Below, piece after piece: positions 28,629 through 38,920 of a stretch of DNA of 64,000 nt. Within the stretch, counting starts at the first letter, position 1. Every line of letters starts with the position of its first letter. Made by a program: the position numbers and the translations under genes. The notes under the pieces are model-generated. The model saw only the letters and a program-made list of their open reading frames with translations. It did not search any database and had not been told where the DNA came from. Source of the DNA: Desulfatiglans sp. (lineage in GTDB: Bacteria > Desulfobacterota > DSM-4660 > Desulfatiglandales > HGW-15); the NCBI GenBank assembly GCA_012513605.1, contig JAAZBV010000011.1, positions 80-64,079 of the forward strand, in the 5' to 3' direction.

Positions 28629-30080
28629 ATGAAATCCCGAATTCTATCAGCAGTCTTTTCTTTACTATTTTTCCAGATCTTTTCCGGTTCAATATCAGCA
28701 CAGGTGGGAGAACCCTATATTCACGATCCATCCACAATCACAGAGTGTGATGGAAAATACTATACCTTTGGTACAGGCAGCGGAGGCCTGATCTCTGAGG
28801 ATGGATGGATATGGCGCAGGGGGGCAGTGCGTCCGGGCGGGGGTGTAGCACCTGATGTTATACGCATCAATGACCGCTATTATGTGACATATGCAAAAGG
28901 TGGAGGGGGGCTTTCAGGCGGTCACGCCAGCAATGTATATGTAATGTGGTCAAAGACCCTTGATCCGAACTCCCCTGACTTCGAATTCAGGGATGAAACA
29001 ATAGTCGCATCATCTGATGGTGTTGAAGACTGTGACGCCATAGACTCCGCATTCCTTCTTGACCCCACTGACGGCAGGCTCTGGCTTACCTATGGGACAT
29101 ACTTCGGCTTTATCAGAATAATCGAGCTTGATCCAAAAACCGGAAAACGTATGCCAGGTAATGAGCCTGTTAATATTGCAATCGACTGCGAGGCAACAGC
29201 CATGATGTACCGTGACGGCTGGTATTATCTGCTGGGCACACACGGCACCTGCTGCGATGGGCCTAACTCCACATACAACATCCGTGTGGGGCGTTCAAAA
29301 AAGGTAACCGGTCCCTATGTGGATCATATGGGTGTACCAATGCTCAGGGGCGGAGGGAAGCTTGTTGCTGATGCCAGTGAGCCCTATGTTGGGCCTGGTC
29401 ACTTTGGCCTTATAGACCTTGGTGATGGTGTTAATAAATTCTCCTGCCATTATGAGGCGGATCTTATGCGTAGCGGTCACAGTGTGCTGGCTATTCGTCC
29501 CCTTCTATGGAAAGATGGGTGGCCTGTTGAAGGTGAAAATTTGAAGGAGAGCACCTATGAGATACAATCCGAGCGAAGCGGCTATGCGCTTGAACTGGCT
29601 GTGGATTTTGTAAGGATGCCAGGCGGTATGCGTTTTTTTGGGGCTAAAACTGAAGAACCTGCTGCCCCGGTCCCTATCCAGAAACTTACAGATGTGGAAA
29701 AGGGGTGGCCGGATGGCAACATCGAAGTAAGGATGAGTGACTACATGTTCAGACCGCACCAGAAATGGACTGTTACACCTGTACCTGAGGCTGGTGGATA
29801 TTTTGGCTCACCCTATTTCAAAATAACAATCGAAGGCACCAATAGAGCACTGGCAGCAACCGCAGAAAAAGAGGTTGTGACAGTCCCTGAATTTACAGGC
29901 GCACCTGAACAGCTCTGGCAGATTGACCAGTTGACTGATGGTACATATCGAATAATGCCAAAACTTGTACCCGGTTCAGATGAACAGGTGGCGCTCACAG
30001 CAGTGGGAAGGAGTATGCCGTCTCTTGTAAAATTCAACCCGGAGAGCTACATAGGACGCTGGTCTTTTAAAAAATCATGA
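28629..30080 (+). CDS. Secreted GH43-like arabinanase/xylosidase with a C-terminal ricin-type (QxW) lectin-like domain
   Basis: 'IHDPSTITECDGKYYTFGTG' and C-terminal 'EQLWQIDQLTDGTYRI'. Confidence 0.85.
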   Translation: MKSRILSAVFSLLFFQIFSGSISAQVGEPYIHDPSTITECDGKYYTFGTGSGGLISEDGWIWRRGAVRPGGGVAPDVIRINDRYYVTYAKGGGGLSGGHASNVYVMWSKTLDPNSPDFEFRDETIVASSDGVEDCDAIDSAFLLDPTDGRLWLTYGTYFGFIRIIELDPKTGKRMPGNEPVNIAIDCEATAMMYRDGWYYLLGTHGTCCDGPNSTYNIRVGRSKKVTGPYVDHMGVPMLRGGGKLVADASEPYVGPGHFGLIDLGDGVNKFSCHYEADLMRSGHSVLAIRPLLWKDGWPVEGENLKESTYEIQSERSGYALELAVDFVRMPGGMRFFGAKTEEPAAPVPIQKLTDVEKGWPDGNIEVRMSDYMFRPHQKWTVTPVPEAGGYFGSPYFKITIEGTNRALAATAEKEVVTVPEFTGAPEQLWQIDQLTDGTYRIMPKLVPGSDEQVALTAVGRSMPSLVKFNPESYIGRWSFKKS

Positions 30081-30106
30081 TAAAGGATACTCAAGGTCTG
30101 CAATAG

Positions 30107-30988
30107 ATGGAAAATAAAACACTAAAAGAGGACTATTATAAAACAGAAAGGTTATTCGAAAGGGTGTATCGAATCAGCAGCCTTGAAGGAACATTTCTAT
30201 TCCTTTTTCTGGGTGACAGGAAGGCGTTGCTGATGGATACGGCATATGGTTTTGGTAATCTTAAGAAAGCAGTCCGTAAAATTACCGATCTCCCCCTCAT
30301 TATAGTTAACAGTCATGGTCATCTGGATCATGTCTGCGGAAATTTTCAGTTTGATGAGGATATTTATATCCATGCGAGCGACATAGAGCTATGCAAATCG
30401 CATAACTCTACTGAATCCCGCCAAAAAATAGTATTGGGCGCAAAAAGGCTTATGGACTTTTCAAGTGGAAAGACAAGAAATGCTCTTCCTGAGGATTTTT
30501 CAAAGGATCATTATATTCACCAGGGGCATGGTAAACTGGTTCCTCTCACACCTGACCATGTGTTTGATCTGGGAGGTGCGACAATAGCAATGCATGAACT
30601 ACCGGGCCACACCAGAGGAAGCGTTGGGCTGGAATACCGTGAAGAGAGGGCATTATTTCCTTCAGATGCCATTAACCCATTGATGTTTTTGTTCCTGCCT
30701 GAGTCAACTGACCTTGCAACATATAAAAAAACCCTTGGAAAGGCCAACAGCCTCAACATAAACCATATAGTCTTTTCCCATAGTCCGGAGATTACCCCAA
30801 AATCAATACTTGAGGACTTTATAGATTGTGCAGAGCAGGTTGATTATGACAGGGGAGTCCCCTTTGAAGCAAAGGAATTCAGGGAGTTTGCGCCAAGGAT
30901 TTGCACCCGCAGCGGATTTGGGCCGAATGATACAATGAAGCCCGGATTTGCAGCCATTATTATAGATCGATTAAGGTGTAATCATTAG
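30107..30988 (+). CDS. MBL-fold metallo-hydrolase
   Basis: 'NSHGHLDHVCGN' (HxHxDH) and 'LPGHTRGS'. Confidence 0.88.
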   Translation: MENKTLKEDYYKTERLFERVYRISSLEGTFLFLFLGDRKALLMDTAYGFGNLKKAVRKITDLPLIIVNSHGHLDHVCGNFQFDEDIYIHASDIELCKSHNSTESRQKIVLGAKRLMDFSSGKTRNALPEDFSKDHYIHQGHGKLVPLTPDHVFDLGGATIAMHELPGHTRGSVGLEYREERALFPSDAINPLMFLFLPESTDLATYKKTLGKANSLNINHIVFSHSPEITPKSILEDFIDCAEQVDYDRGVPFEAKEFREFAPRICTRSGFGPNDTMKPGFAAIIIDRLRCNH

Positions 30989-31044
30989 ATGCTTATTCAG
31001 TTATTAAACTAAATTGCAGGGAATATATATGGGAGGATGTTCGC

Positions 31045-32688
31045 ATGAATTTTAAATCGTTTTTTGCGAGAAAATTGTATAGCAGAATTACAATTCCATT
31101 TGGGTTAATCTGTCTTATGCTGCTCTTTGTATTTCCTGTTAAAAACAGCCTTGCTGCAGATATAAAAACAAACCTTTCGCAATGTTCGGATATCGCAAAG
31201 CTCGCAGGGCATAACTTTGTAGTTGAAAAGGCGGAGATTGTTCCGGCAGGTCCAATCCCCGGACCGGGAGGCAATGGAGATAAGTTGCCTGAACACTGCC
31301 TTATCCAGGGTATGCTAAATCCCCGGACAGGTGTAAAAGGGCAGAAGTTTGGGATAGGTTTTGAATTGCGTATGCCTGCAAACTGGAACAAGCGGTTCTT
31401 TTTCCAGGGAGGAGGCGGGCTTGATGGTGTACTCTCCCCTGCTACAGGCAGTCATATGGGCGCAATAAAGCCCTCTGCCCTTGCCCGCGGTTTTGCAGTG
31501 GTTTCAACGGACGGGGGACATCGCAGCAGCATGCTCGATGGCACCTTTGGCCTGGATCAGCAGGCGCGTATTGATTACGGCTATAATGCACTGGACAAGG
31601 TCACGCTCAAGGCAAAGGAGCTGATAGAAAAGTATTATGGCGCTGCACCTACCTATTCTTATTTTGTAGGCTGTTCCAATGGCGGCAGGCAGGCACTGAT
31701 GGCATCTCAGCGTTTTCCCCTTTATTTTGACGGGATTGTAGCTGGAGACCCTGCAATAAAATTCTCAGGCATAGCAATGGATCAGATATGGAACGTTCAG
31801 GTGGCAGCCCGGATTGCACCCAAAGATGACAATGGCCGGCCCATAATCTCAAAGGCATTTTCTGATGAAGACTTGCGACTCGTCGCGAACAACCTGCTTA
31901 ATCGTTGTGATGCCCTGGATGGGCTGGCTGACGGTTTTATCAATGACTGGCAGGGCTGCGACTTTGACCCCGGAATCCTCACATGCAAATCGGTTAAAAC
32001 AGGGACATGTCTTACGAAGGCACAGGTAGATGCATTAAGGGATATGTTTAACGGGCCGCGCACGAGTGATGGAAAATCCATATACGGCCCTTTCAACTAT
32101 GATACCGGCATTGGAGGATCAGAATGGAGGGGCATGCATATCGGTTCTTCAGGCACCGGGAAATGGGATTCTGCTGACGCCACACTGGGATTAGTAAATT
32201 TAAGTTATCTTCAATTAACCCCTCCTGATCCTGATCTTGATCCCCTTGAGTTTGATTTTGACCGTGATGCTGTTCGGACTCGCCATACTGCTGCCAATAC
32301 AGATGCTGACTCGACCTTTCTTTCGACCTTTGCAGACCATGGGAAGATGATCGTTTATAACGGACTTTCTGATCAGGGCATGGCATCAGGCGTTCTTTCC
32401 GCCTGGTACGATGAAGTAGTTAAAGTCAATGGCCCGGCTATCCGTGATTCTATAAGGCTCTTCTTTATCCCGGGCATGTGCCACTGCAGCGGGGGAAAAG
32501 CAACAGACCAGTTCAACATGCTTGACGCAATAACAGGCTGGGTGGAAAATGGTAAGGCGCCGGATCGAATCATTGCAACAGGCAAGGCATTTCCCGGTGT
32601 ATCAAGGCCACTTTGCCCCTACCCTCTTGTTGCACGTTATAAGGATGGAGATGTAAACAGCGCAGACAGTTTTGTCTGTTCAAAGTAG
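31045..32688 (+). CDS. Tannase/feruloyl-esterase family alpha/beta hydrolase, secreted
   Basis: Signal peptide and 'YFVGCSNGGRQALM' (G-C-S-x-G-G nucleophile motif of this family). About 550 aa. Confidence 0.88.
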   Translation: MNFKSFFARKLYSRITIPFGLICLMLLFVFPVKNSLAADIKTNLSQCSDIAKLAGHNFVVEKAEIVPAGPIPGPGGNGDKLPEHCLIQGMLNPRTGVKGQKFGIGFELRMPANWNKRFFFQGGGGLDGVLSPATGSHMGAIKPSALARGFAVVSTDGGHRSSMLDGTFGLDQQARIDYGYNALDKVTLKAKELIEKYYGAAPTYSYFVGCSNGGRQALMASQRFPLYFDGIVAGDPAIKFSGIAMDQIWNVQVAARIAPKDDNGRPIISKAFSDEDLRLVANNLLNRCDALDGLADGFINDWQGCDFDPGILTCKSVKTGTCLTKAQVDALRDMFNGPRTSDGKSIYGPFNYDTGIGGSEWRGMHIGSSGTGKWDSADATLGLVNLSYLQLTPPDPDLDPLEFDFDRDAVRTRHTAANTDADSTFLSTFADHGKMIVYNGLSDQGMASGVLSAWYDEVVKVNGPAIRDSIRLFFIPGMCHCSGGKATDQFNMLDAITGWVENGKAPDRIIATGKAFPGVSRPLCPYPLVARYKDGDVNSADSFVCSK

Positions 32689-32714
32689 CGGCAAAATTTA
32701 AGGAGAATTAGAAC

Positions 32715-34073
32715 GTGGAAAAAAAAATACCCGGCCTGCTTGTACACACTTACGGTTTTTCACACCTGACCTTTTCATTGATGATGAGCTTTGCGCTTCA
32801 GTATTACACCATTTTTTTAACCGATGTGGCCCTGATTAAATTATCAATTATCCCTGTTATCTTTTTTATAACCCATGTTGTTGATGCCATTTCAATCCCT
32901 GTTTCGGGCGCCCTGATACAGAGCACCCAGTTTCGTTGGGGCCAGTACCGGTCATGGCTGCTGTTTATGCCTCTCGCAACCTCGGTTTTTTTTACACTTA
33001 CATTTACAAATCTGCCGGTGATCTATGGAATTAAAATAGTCTATCTGAGCCTGGCATATATGATAGCCCATGTGAGTCTTAATTTTGCATATAATGCCCA
33101 GCTTGGCCTGATATCAGTAGTGGCGAAAAGTGTTAAAGACAGGATGCGGATGTCAGCCAGGAATGTACAGTATGGCATGTCCAGCCAGATTATCTACAGC
33201 TATTTTGTTTTAAGTATGTTTTATCGCTTCACTGAAAAAAGCGAATCATGGGGATACTTCTACACTGTTGGAATCCTGGCTGTTATTCAGGTATTCGGCT
33301 ACTGGTTTCTTTTTTACCAGATAAAAGATTACGATAAATATAATCCGGCAAAAATCCTGTCAACCAGGATGTCTCTTAAAGAGATGGTGCAGCAGGTTAT
33401 TGGAAATAAGCACCTTCGGACTTTAATGTCTGCGGATATTGTATCCTATCTGGGTATCTTCAGCCTCCAGACAGTTGCAGTGTACTATTTCAAATATGTA
33501 ATAGAAAATGAACAGTATATGAAACCCTATTCTCTCTCACTCGCCATTGCAAGTTTTACCAGCACGCTGATTGGGCCGGCGGTATTAAGGGTATTAGGCA
33601 AGAAAAACACATACCTTTTTGCCTCAATCTGGGGAACAGCAGGCTATATAGTTCTGCGTCTTTTTGGCCTGTCAGGCCCATATGTTTATATTGCAATTAT
33701 AGTTATATCGGCACTTGGCGCCGGAACCAACGGCCCTATACGCCAGGCAATGTATATGGATGCTGCTGAATATGGTTTTTATAAAACGGGTAAGGATGCG
33801 AGCGCCTTCATAATGTCGATGTTTACTCTGCCTATAAAAATTGCTATAGCAATTGCCGGGACTATTGTAACCGCGGGGCTGGATTTTATCGGTTTTGTCC
33901 CGAATACTGCACAAACCGAACAATTTATAAGTAACCTGATGAATCTCATATGCTATCTTCCGGCCGGTGCATGTCTTATGGCCTTTGTGATAATCTCTTT
34001 TTATTCACTTTCTGATAATAAAGTTACTGAGATTATGGAGATAAATGCGGTAAAAAGGGCCGAAGCCAGATAA
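32715..34073 (+). CDS. MFS/GPH-family glycoside-pentoside-hexuronide:cation symporter-like transporter
   Basis: 12 TMS. GTG start with AAGGAGA 8 nt upstream. Confidence 0.8.
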   Translation: MEKKIPGLLVHTYGFSHLTFSLMMSFALQYYTIFLTDVALIKLSIIPVIFFITHVVDAISIPVSGALIQSTQFRWGQYRSWLLFMPLATSVFFTLTFTNLPVIYGIKIVYLSLAYMIAHVSLNFAYNAQLGLISVVAKSVKDRMRMSARNVQYGMSSQIIYSYFVLSMFYRFTEKSESWGYFYTVGILAVIQVFGYWFLFYQIKDYDKYNPAKILSTRMSLKEMVQQVIGNKHLRTLMSADIVSYLGIFSLQTVAVYYFKYVIENEQYMKPYSLSLAIASFTSTLIGPAVLRVLGKKNTYLFASIWGTAGYIVLRLFGLSGPYVYIAIIVISALGAGTNGPIRQAMYMDAAEYGFYKTGKDASAFIMSMFTLPIKIAIAIAGTIVTAGLDFIGFVPNTAQTEQFISNLMNLICYLPAGACLMAFVIISFYSLSDNKVTEIMEINAVKRAEAR

Positions 34074-34104
34074 TTTTTTTTAATAGTACAAAGGAGATGA
34101 TCTC

Positions 34105-35013
34105 ATGAGAAAAAACACTAACCGAATCTTAACTTTAACATTAACCATTTTACTGGCTATTATTCTTACTCATCCTGCCTATACGCAGGATGCTGCGCCA
34201 CAACCCAAACCCAAAATGGAGTTTAATCCATTCCAGATGGATTCACGCGCAAAGGAGATCGCCTATAACTTCAAGGATGCCAATAAAGAACTCAAATACT
34301 GCCTGTTTGTTTCATCAAAGGTAGATAAAGAGAAAAAGGCCCCTCTCATTGTTACGCTTCATGGTCTAGGCGCAGGCCCATCAATCATGATGAATAAACA
34401 GGCTGTTGACCTGGCAGAGGAAGGGGGCTACATCCTTGTGGCGCCCATGGGATATAATGAAAGGGGTTGGTACGGTGTACCTTTCAGCATCCCCGCGGGC
34501 AAGACTCCGCCAAAACCCGCCCCTTCAAATGAGGGTGCAACTGCCAAACCGGCACCAAAGCCCTCTCTGTTTTTTGATCCGAATGATCCGCCAAACCTGC
34601 ATGAGTTGAGTGAAAAGGATGTAATGAATGTTCTGGATATGGTACGTAAAGAGTATAAAATTGATGAGAACCGGATTTACCTGATGGGCCATTCCATGGG
34701 CGGGGCCGGGACACTTTACCTTGGGAGCAAGTATGCGGATATCTGGGCTGCAATAGCGCCCATTGCCCCGGCAGCCTTTGGCATTGAGCCTGATATACTG
34801 GAAAAAATAAAAAGCATGCCGGTAATTTTTGTACACGGCGCTACTGATGAAGTAGTACCAATAGACATCTCCAGGAGATGGGTTGAAAAGGCAAAGTCAT
34901 TGAACATGACATATGAATTCAAGGAAATGGAGGGTGTAACCCACGGGCCGGTTATAACCGCTGCACTTCCGGCTGTATATGAGTTTTTTGGTAAACACTC
35001 AAAATCGAAATAA
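34105..35013 (+). CDS. Secreted alpha/beta esterase (paralogue of the N-terminal half of 18830-20722)
   Basis: 'LMGHSMGGAGTL' and 'KAPLIVTLHG'. The Pro/Ala/Lys-rich insert 'PAGKTPPKPAPSNEGATAKPAPKPS' sits at the same position as in the paralogue. Confidence 0.88.
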   Translation: MRKNTNRILTLTLTILLAIILTHPAYTQDAAPQPKPKMEFNPFQMDSRAKEIAYNFKDANKELKYCLFVSSKVDKEKKAPLIVTLHGLGAGPSIMMNKQAVDLAEEGGYILVAPMGYNERGWYGVPFSIPAGKTPPKPAPSNEGATAKPAPKPSLFFDPNDPPNLHELSEKDVMNVLDMVRKEYKIDENRIYLMGHSMGGAGTLYLGSKYADIWAAIAPIAPAAFGIEPDILEKIKSMPVIFVHGATDEVVPIDISRRWVEKAKSLNMTYEFKEMEGVTHGPVITAALPAVYEFFGKHSKSK

Positions 35014-35183
35014 TCTATTTTTAAAGGTAATGTTTATGCAGGGTGTAATCAGTTATCATAATACCGCCTGCATAAACGGTCTCTTTTAACTATACAATCT
35101 ACAGGATACAGGTATATAATCTTTTTTATTTTTTGAGTAATGTTACTCATTTTTTTGTTCACCTGTCTGAATAGGAGTAGCAA

Positions 35184-36959
35184 ATGAAACACCGATTAAT
35201 TTATACTATCTTAACAATTTTATTTTCATTCATGATTACATCTTCTCTAATCTACGCTGAAGAAGGAAAGATAGTAGTAATGAACCCGAGGGGCATCCAG
35301 CCTGAGATCCGCAAGATCCCCATGGCAAAACGGCCTGCAACACTGGACAACAAAACAGTTTATATTGTGGATACAAAATATCCCAACACAAAGCCCTTTG
35401 TTGAAGAACTCTATACTGCATTAAAAACAAAATACCCAAAAACCACATGGGTACTTAAGGAAAAGTTCGGCGGGTACATGGATGATGACCCTGCTTTATG
35501 GAAGGAGATCAAGGCAAAAGCCCAGGGGGCCATTGTACTTGTCGGGCATTGAAGCAGCTGCTCTCCGGCAGTTGTCGGTCATGCAGTAACCATTGAAAGA
35601 ACAGGCGTGCCAGCAATCCCCATGATTACCAGCCGGTTTCAGGAGTTGGCATCCACTACAGCATTTAAAAAAGGCATACCAAACCTGCGTATAGTCTATA
35701 CACCTCACCCCATAACAGACCGGCCTGCGGAATTATGCAGGGAATATATTGCGGGTAATAACCCTTTATCAAATAAACCCATGCTAGATGAGATATACTC
35801 AGGCCTTGTTACCCCCCTTTCAGCTATCGATGCCAAAGCTGGTTTTCTTGAGAGAGAGGCCAGGCCAAGGCTGTTTCCTGCGGATACAGCTGAAAACCTT
35901 ATGGAGTTTTTCTACAATCAGGGTTACACAGATGGAAACCCGATCATCCTTCCAACTGAAGATAAGGTTAAGGAGATGCTCAGCGCAACAAGCCATCAGC
36001 CAGATGAATGGGTTGGCCAGATGAGGCCTTCTCCTCCTCATGAGGCATGGTACTATACAGTTGAGATGGTTGCAGTCAATGCGGTAATGGCAGGCGCTAA
36101 ACCTGAATACTTCCCGGTTATTTTGGCAATAGCCTCTAAAGGCGCAACATCAATGATCAGCTCCACATCATCCTTTGCCAGGATGGTGGTGGTAAACGGC
36201 CCTGTTGTGAAAGAGATAGGCATGAATTCGGGGATAGGCGCTATGGGGCCTTTTAACAGGGCTAACTCAACAATAGGAAGAAGCTGGACACTTATCTCAA
36301 AAAATCTTGGAAATTCCGGAAAGCCGGGCGAGACATACCTGGGCAGCCAGGGGAACCAGCTTAATTTTAATAATATCTGTTTCCCGGAAAATGAAGAAGG
36401 ACTTCCAAAAGGATGGGAACCGCTGCATGTACAGAAAGGGTTTGAAAAATCAGAGAGCGTTGTAAGCCTCTTCAGCGGATGGAGTTTAAATGACATAGCA
36501 TGGTATTCACCCCTTCCCCAGCATGAGGTCATAAGGGGATGGCTTGAGCATTTCTTTTCTTTTGGCGTTACCCAGGCGACACTTATCCTTGACCCCATTG
36601 TTGCAGCCGATGTAGCCTCAAAGGGATATAATACCAAAACGGTCTTTGCAAAATACCTTGCAGAAAAAACAGGAACCCCTGGCTGGCTCTACTGGTCAGA
36701 AAACAGGGACAACCTTAAAAAGGCTCAGGATGGCATAGAACCCTTTGCCGGGTGGCTTAAAAGGGGAGAGGATGCAGTTGTGCCTGTTTCACGCTATATG
36801 GGCAGGAGAATGGGCGGGTCTGGCCTGCTTGCCACAACTGAAAACAATGAATCCATAACTTCCATACATATAGTGGTCACTGGCGGCGGGACAAATACCT
36901 TCTGGTCTGGCGGTGATTTTGGCTATATAGGAAGCTCATCAGTGGATTTCTGGAGATAG
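35184..36959 (+). CDS. Candidate selenoprotein. It consists of a signal peptide, a UxxC (UGSC-like) redox module and a ~400-aa uncharacterised domain, read through TGA 35550-35552.
   Basis: Track ORFs 35184..35552 and 35607..36959 are in the same frame. Codon-by-codon reading shows the only stop between them is TGA at 35550-35552: ...AIVLVGH-TGA-SSCSPAVVGHAVTIERTGVPAIP... A stem-loop lies at 35555-35574. AGGAG ribosome-binding site upstream of 35184. Confidence 0.6.
35555..35574 (+). promoter_or_regulatory. Candidate SECIS-like hairpin immediately 3' of the in-frame TGA
   Basis: cagctgc (35555-35561) pairs with gcagttg (35568-35574) for 7 bp including one G-U, with loop tctccg. It starts 3 nt after the TGA, which is closer than in the E. 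coli fdhF model. Confidence 0.35.
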
Positions 36960-36968
36960 GAGGCAAAA

Positions 36969-37544
36969 ATGAAAATCAAAATATCTACAATATTAGCTGT
37001 CTCTGTTTTATTGGGGCTGATAGTTGCGCCAGGGAGCGCCCTTGCACAGTTTAATTCATCAAAAAACCCTGCCCCCATTGGGTCGCCGGTAAAAGACATG
37101 GTTGAGCTGGGGTCTGTATATTCAAACATATATGACATTACCATCACGGTTCTTGAAACTGTGAGGGGTAATGGTGCGATGGTACTCCTTAAAAAGGCTG
37201 ACTCAAATGTTAAACAACCATCCAAAGGATTTGAGTATATTCTTGCGAAGGTAAGGTTTGAGATGAAGGCAAGGGCTGTATCAGACAAATTAACCATTAA
37301 CATAGGCGACTCACCTCTTCAGTGGATTGCCCTGACATCGGAGCTGCTCGAATACACCGGTATTTCAGTAACAGTACCTGATCCTGCATTAAAGGGCACT
37401 GTGAAACCCGGTGAAAAACTTGAAGGTTGGGTGGCATTTGCTGTAGATAAAAAAGACAAGGGGCCAATAATGGTGTTTGACCCTGATACTGGTGGCGCAA
37501 CAGGCCGTGGAAAGACCGTGTTCTTTAAGCTCTTTAAGGATTGA
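36969..37544 (+). CDS. Secreted DUF4352-like (Ig-like) protein
   Basis: Signal peptide and GGAGG ribosome-binding site, 9 nt after the preceding stop. 'GEKLEGWVAFAVDKK' is typical of the DUF4352 C-terminal strands. Confidence 0.75.
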   Translation: MKIKISTILAVSVLLGLIVAPGSALAQFNSSKNPAPIGSPVKDMVELGSVYSNIYDITITVLETVRGNGAMVLLKKADSNVKQPSKGFEYILAKVRFEMKARAVSDKLTINIGDSPLQWIALTSELLEYTGISVTVPDPALKGTVKPGEKLEGWVAFAVDKKDKGPIMVFDPDTGGATGRGKTVFFKLFKD

Positions 37545-37548
37545 TAAA

Positions 37549-37727
37549 TGCAGGGGCAGACCTGCTGGCCGCGCCAAAGCTTCTCCGGCCATCATAGCCT
37601 TAGGGAAGGTGGTTAGCGACGGCGGGCGTGTCTACCCTGATTCATGTTTTATTAATGTAGGGGCAACCCCCTGTGGTTGCCCTGGCTCATTTATATTAAT
37701 GTAGAGGCGGACCGGCGTGTCCGCCCT
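37549..37727. repeat. Cluster of GC-rich hairpin repeats (gtaggggcRRac...gtYYgccc family)
   Basis: 37549-37575 'tgcaggggcagacctgctggccgcgcc', 37618-37639, 37657-37683 'gtaggggcaaccccctgtggttgccct', 37701-37727 'gtagaggcggaccggcgtgtccgccct'. Confidence 0.8.
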
Positions 37728-37957
37728 GTTTTTTGATTTTCTCTTGTTCCCATGGTCCCCGTGGGAACATTATTTTTAACGCTCTGCGTTAACTTTCAAA
37801 GTTGATATCCCGTAATCTTGTCACATTGTAGTCTTTGAATATTGAGGGATAAGTCGGGGAATCCACCACGACAACTTCATTCCCACACATGTGGTAATCC
37901 AAACGCAGACGTCATTCCCTCGAAGGAGGGAATCCATTTTCATCTTCGTCGATTTCT

Positions 37958-38359
37958 CTACTTTGCCCAGTTTTCAACCTTTAATGATTTAATCCTTAGA
38001 AATTCTTTTTCATTATTTGTGACCAATATCAAATCCTTACTTAGAGCATGTGCAGCAATAAGCATATCAAGAGGGCCAATTATTTTACCCTGTGATTCAA
38101 GCTCAGTGCGAATTATTCCATAATATTTTGATGCAGCCTCGTCATATGGCAGGATTTCAAATGGGGTGAGAAATTCTTCAAGTCGTTGAGCATTCTGTTT
38201 TTTGTTATTGCTTTTTGCAACACCATAATTTAGTTCGGATACAGTGATAGTCGATATACCGATTTTCCCAACTTCTGTATTTTTAAATTTTTGAATTACT
38301 TTAAAGGGTTTTTGATTCATTAGATAAATACAGATATTGGTATCAATCAAATAGATCAT
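37958..38359 (-). CDS. vapC: PIN-domain toxin VapC
   Basis: '[12 protein letters not shown]', 'LVTNNEKEF'. Overlaps vapB. Confidence 0.92.
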   Translation of the reverse strand: MIYLIDTNICIYLMNQKPFKVIQKFKNTEVGKIGISTITVSELNYGVAKSNNKKQNAQRLEEFLTPFEILPYDEAASKYYGIIRTELESQGKIIGPLDMLIAAHALSKDLILVTNNEKEFLRIKSLKVENWAK

Positions 38360-38603
38360 TTAAACCATCCCTTTCCTGTTGAGAATGAGGTTGATTCCTG
38401 TCAGTCATAAATGGCTCATCATATTTTTTTAAATTTTCTTCCCAGTCATCCCATACTGATTTATCTTTAGGTATTATTAAAATTCCTTGAGAGACTTTTT
38501 TAATATATACCTCCTTCCCTTCGAATCGATAACTCTTGGGTAAACGCACTGCCTGACTTCGCCCGTTAATAAATAATTTTGCAGTATCCATTTTATCCTC
38601 CAA
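38343..38603 (-). CDS. vapB: AbrB/SpoVT-type antitoxin VapB
   Basis: '[29 protein letters not shown]'. The true start is possibly the Met at residue 5. Confidence 0.9.
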   Translation of the reverse strand: MEDKMDTAKLFINGRSQAVRLPKSYRFEGKEVYIKKVSQGILIIPKDKSVWDDWEENLKKYDEPFMTDRNQPHSQQERDGLNDLFD

Positions 38604-38727
38604 ATCAGTGAGCTATACCACAAAGTATATACCACTGAATTTGAATGTCAAGAGCACAGAGAGCGGGGAGCAAAAATCAAGAGAAATTAGTATTGCAGAT
38701 ATCCAGGCAAAAAATCATTATACAATT

Positions 38728-38920
38728 GTAGGGGCAGACAAATGTGTCTGCCCTATTCCTTGATTTTGATGTAGAGACGGGTTCCTGTCCCGACATAGCC
38801 GTACGGCGACAGCGGATGAAACCCGTCTCTACTTGATTGGTATCCGGTACAAAATTCGGGTATAAATCCAAGCAGATTAAAATTTATTTTTTTCGGGCGG
38901 ACACGCAGGTCCGCCCCTAC
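38728..38920. repeat. Second cluster of the same hairpin repeat family
   Basis: 38728-38753 'gtaggggcagacaaatgtgtctgccc'. 38771-38832 is a 12-bp perfect stem gtagagacgggt/acccgtctctac with a 38-nt loop. 38895-38920 'gggcggacacgcaggtccgcccctac' is in opposite orientation. Confidence 0.8.

Noticed and set aside
35550-35552. Alternative reading of the TGA as a genuine stop (two separate genes) or as a pseudogene or assembly error.
   Set aside because: Not fully excluded. I consider it less likely because the downstream frame stays open with no RBS before the GTG/ATG candidates, the TGA falls exactly in a U-x-x-C context, and a hairpin follows. It is kept as a finding with explicit refutation criteria.
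36053-36637. Long antisense ORFs inside well-supported genes. Examples are 36053..36637, 14132..14833, 21947..22543, 50528..51175, 52893..53306, 24768..25181 and 25521..25934.
   Set aside because: They lie entirely opposite genes with strong family motifs. Their translations are low-complexity (Ser/Pro/Arg-rich) with no motifs. These are typical shadow ORFs.
37549-38920. Possible CRISPR array, given the clustered similar GC-rich hairpins.
   Set aside because: The repeats are imperfect, differ in length and orientation, and are irregularly spaced around a vapBC cassette. There are no uniform spacers and no cas genes in the window.
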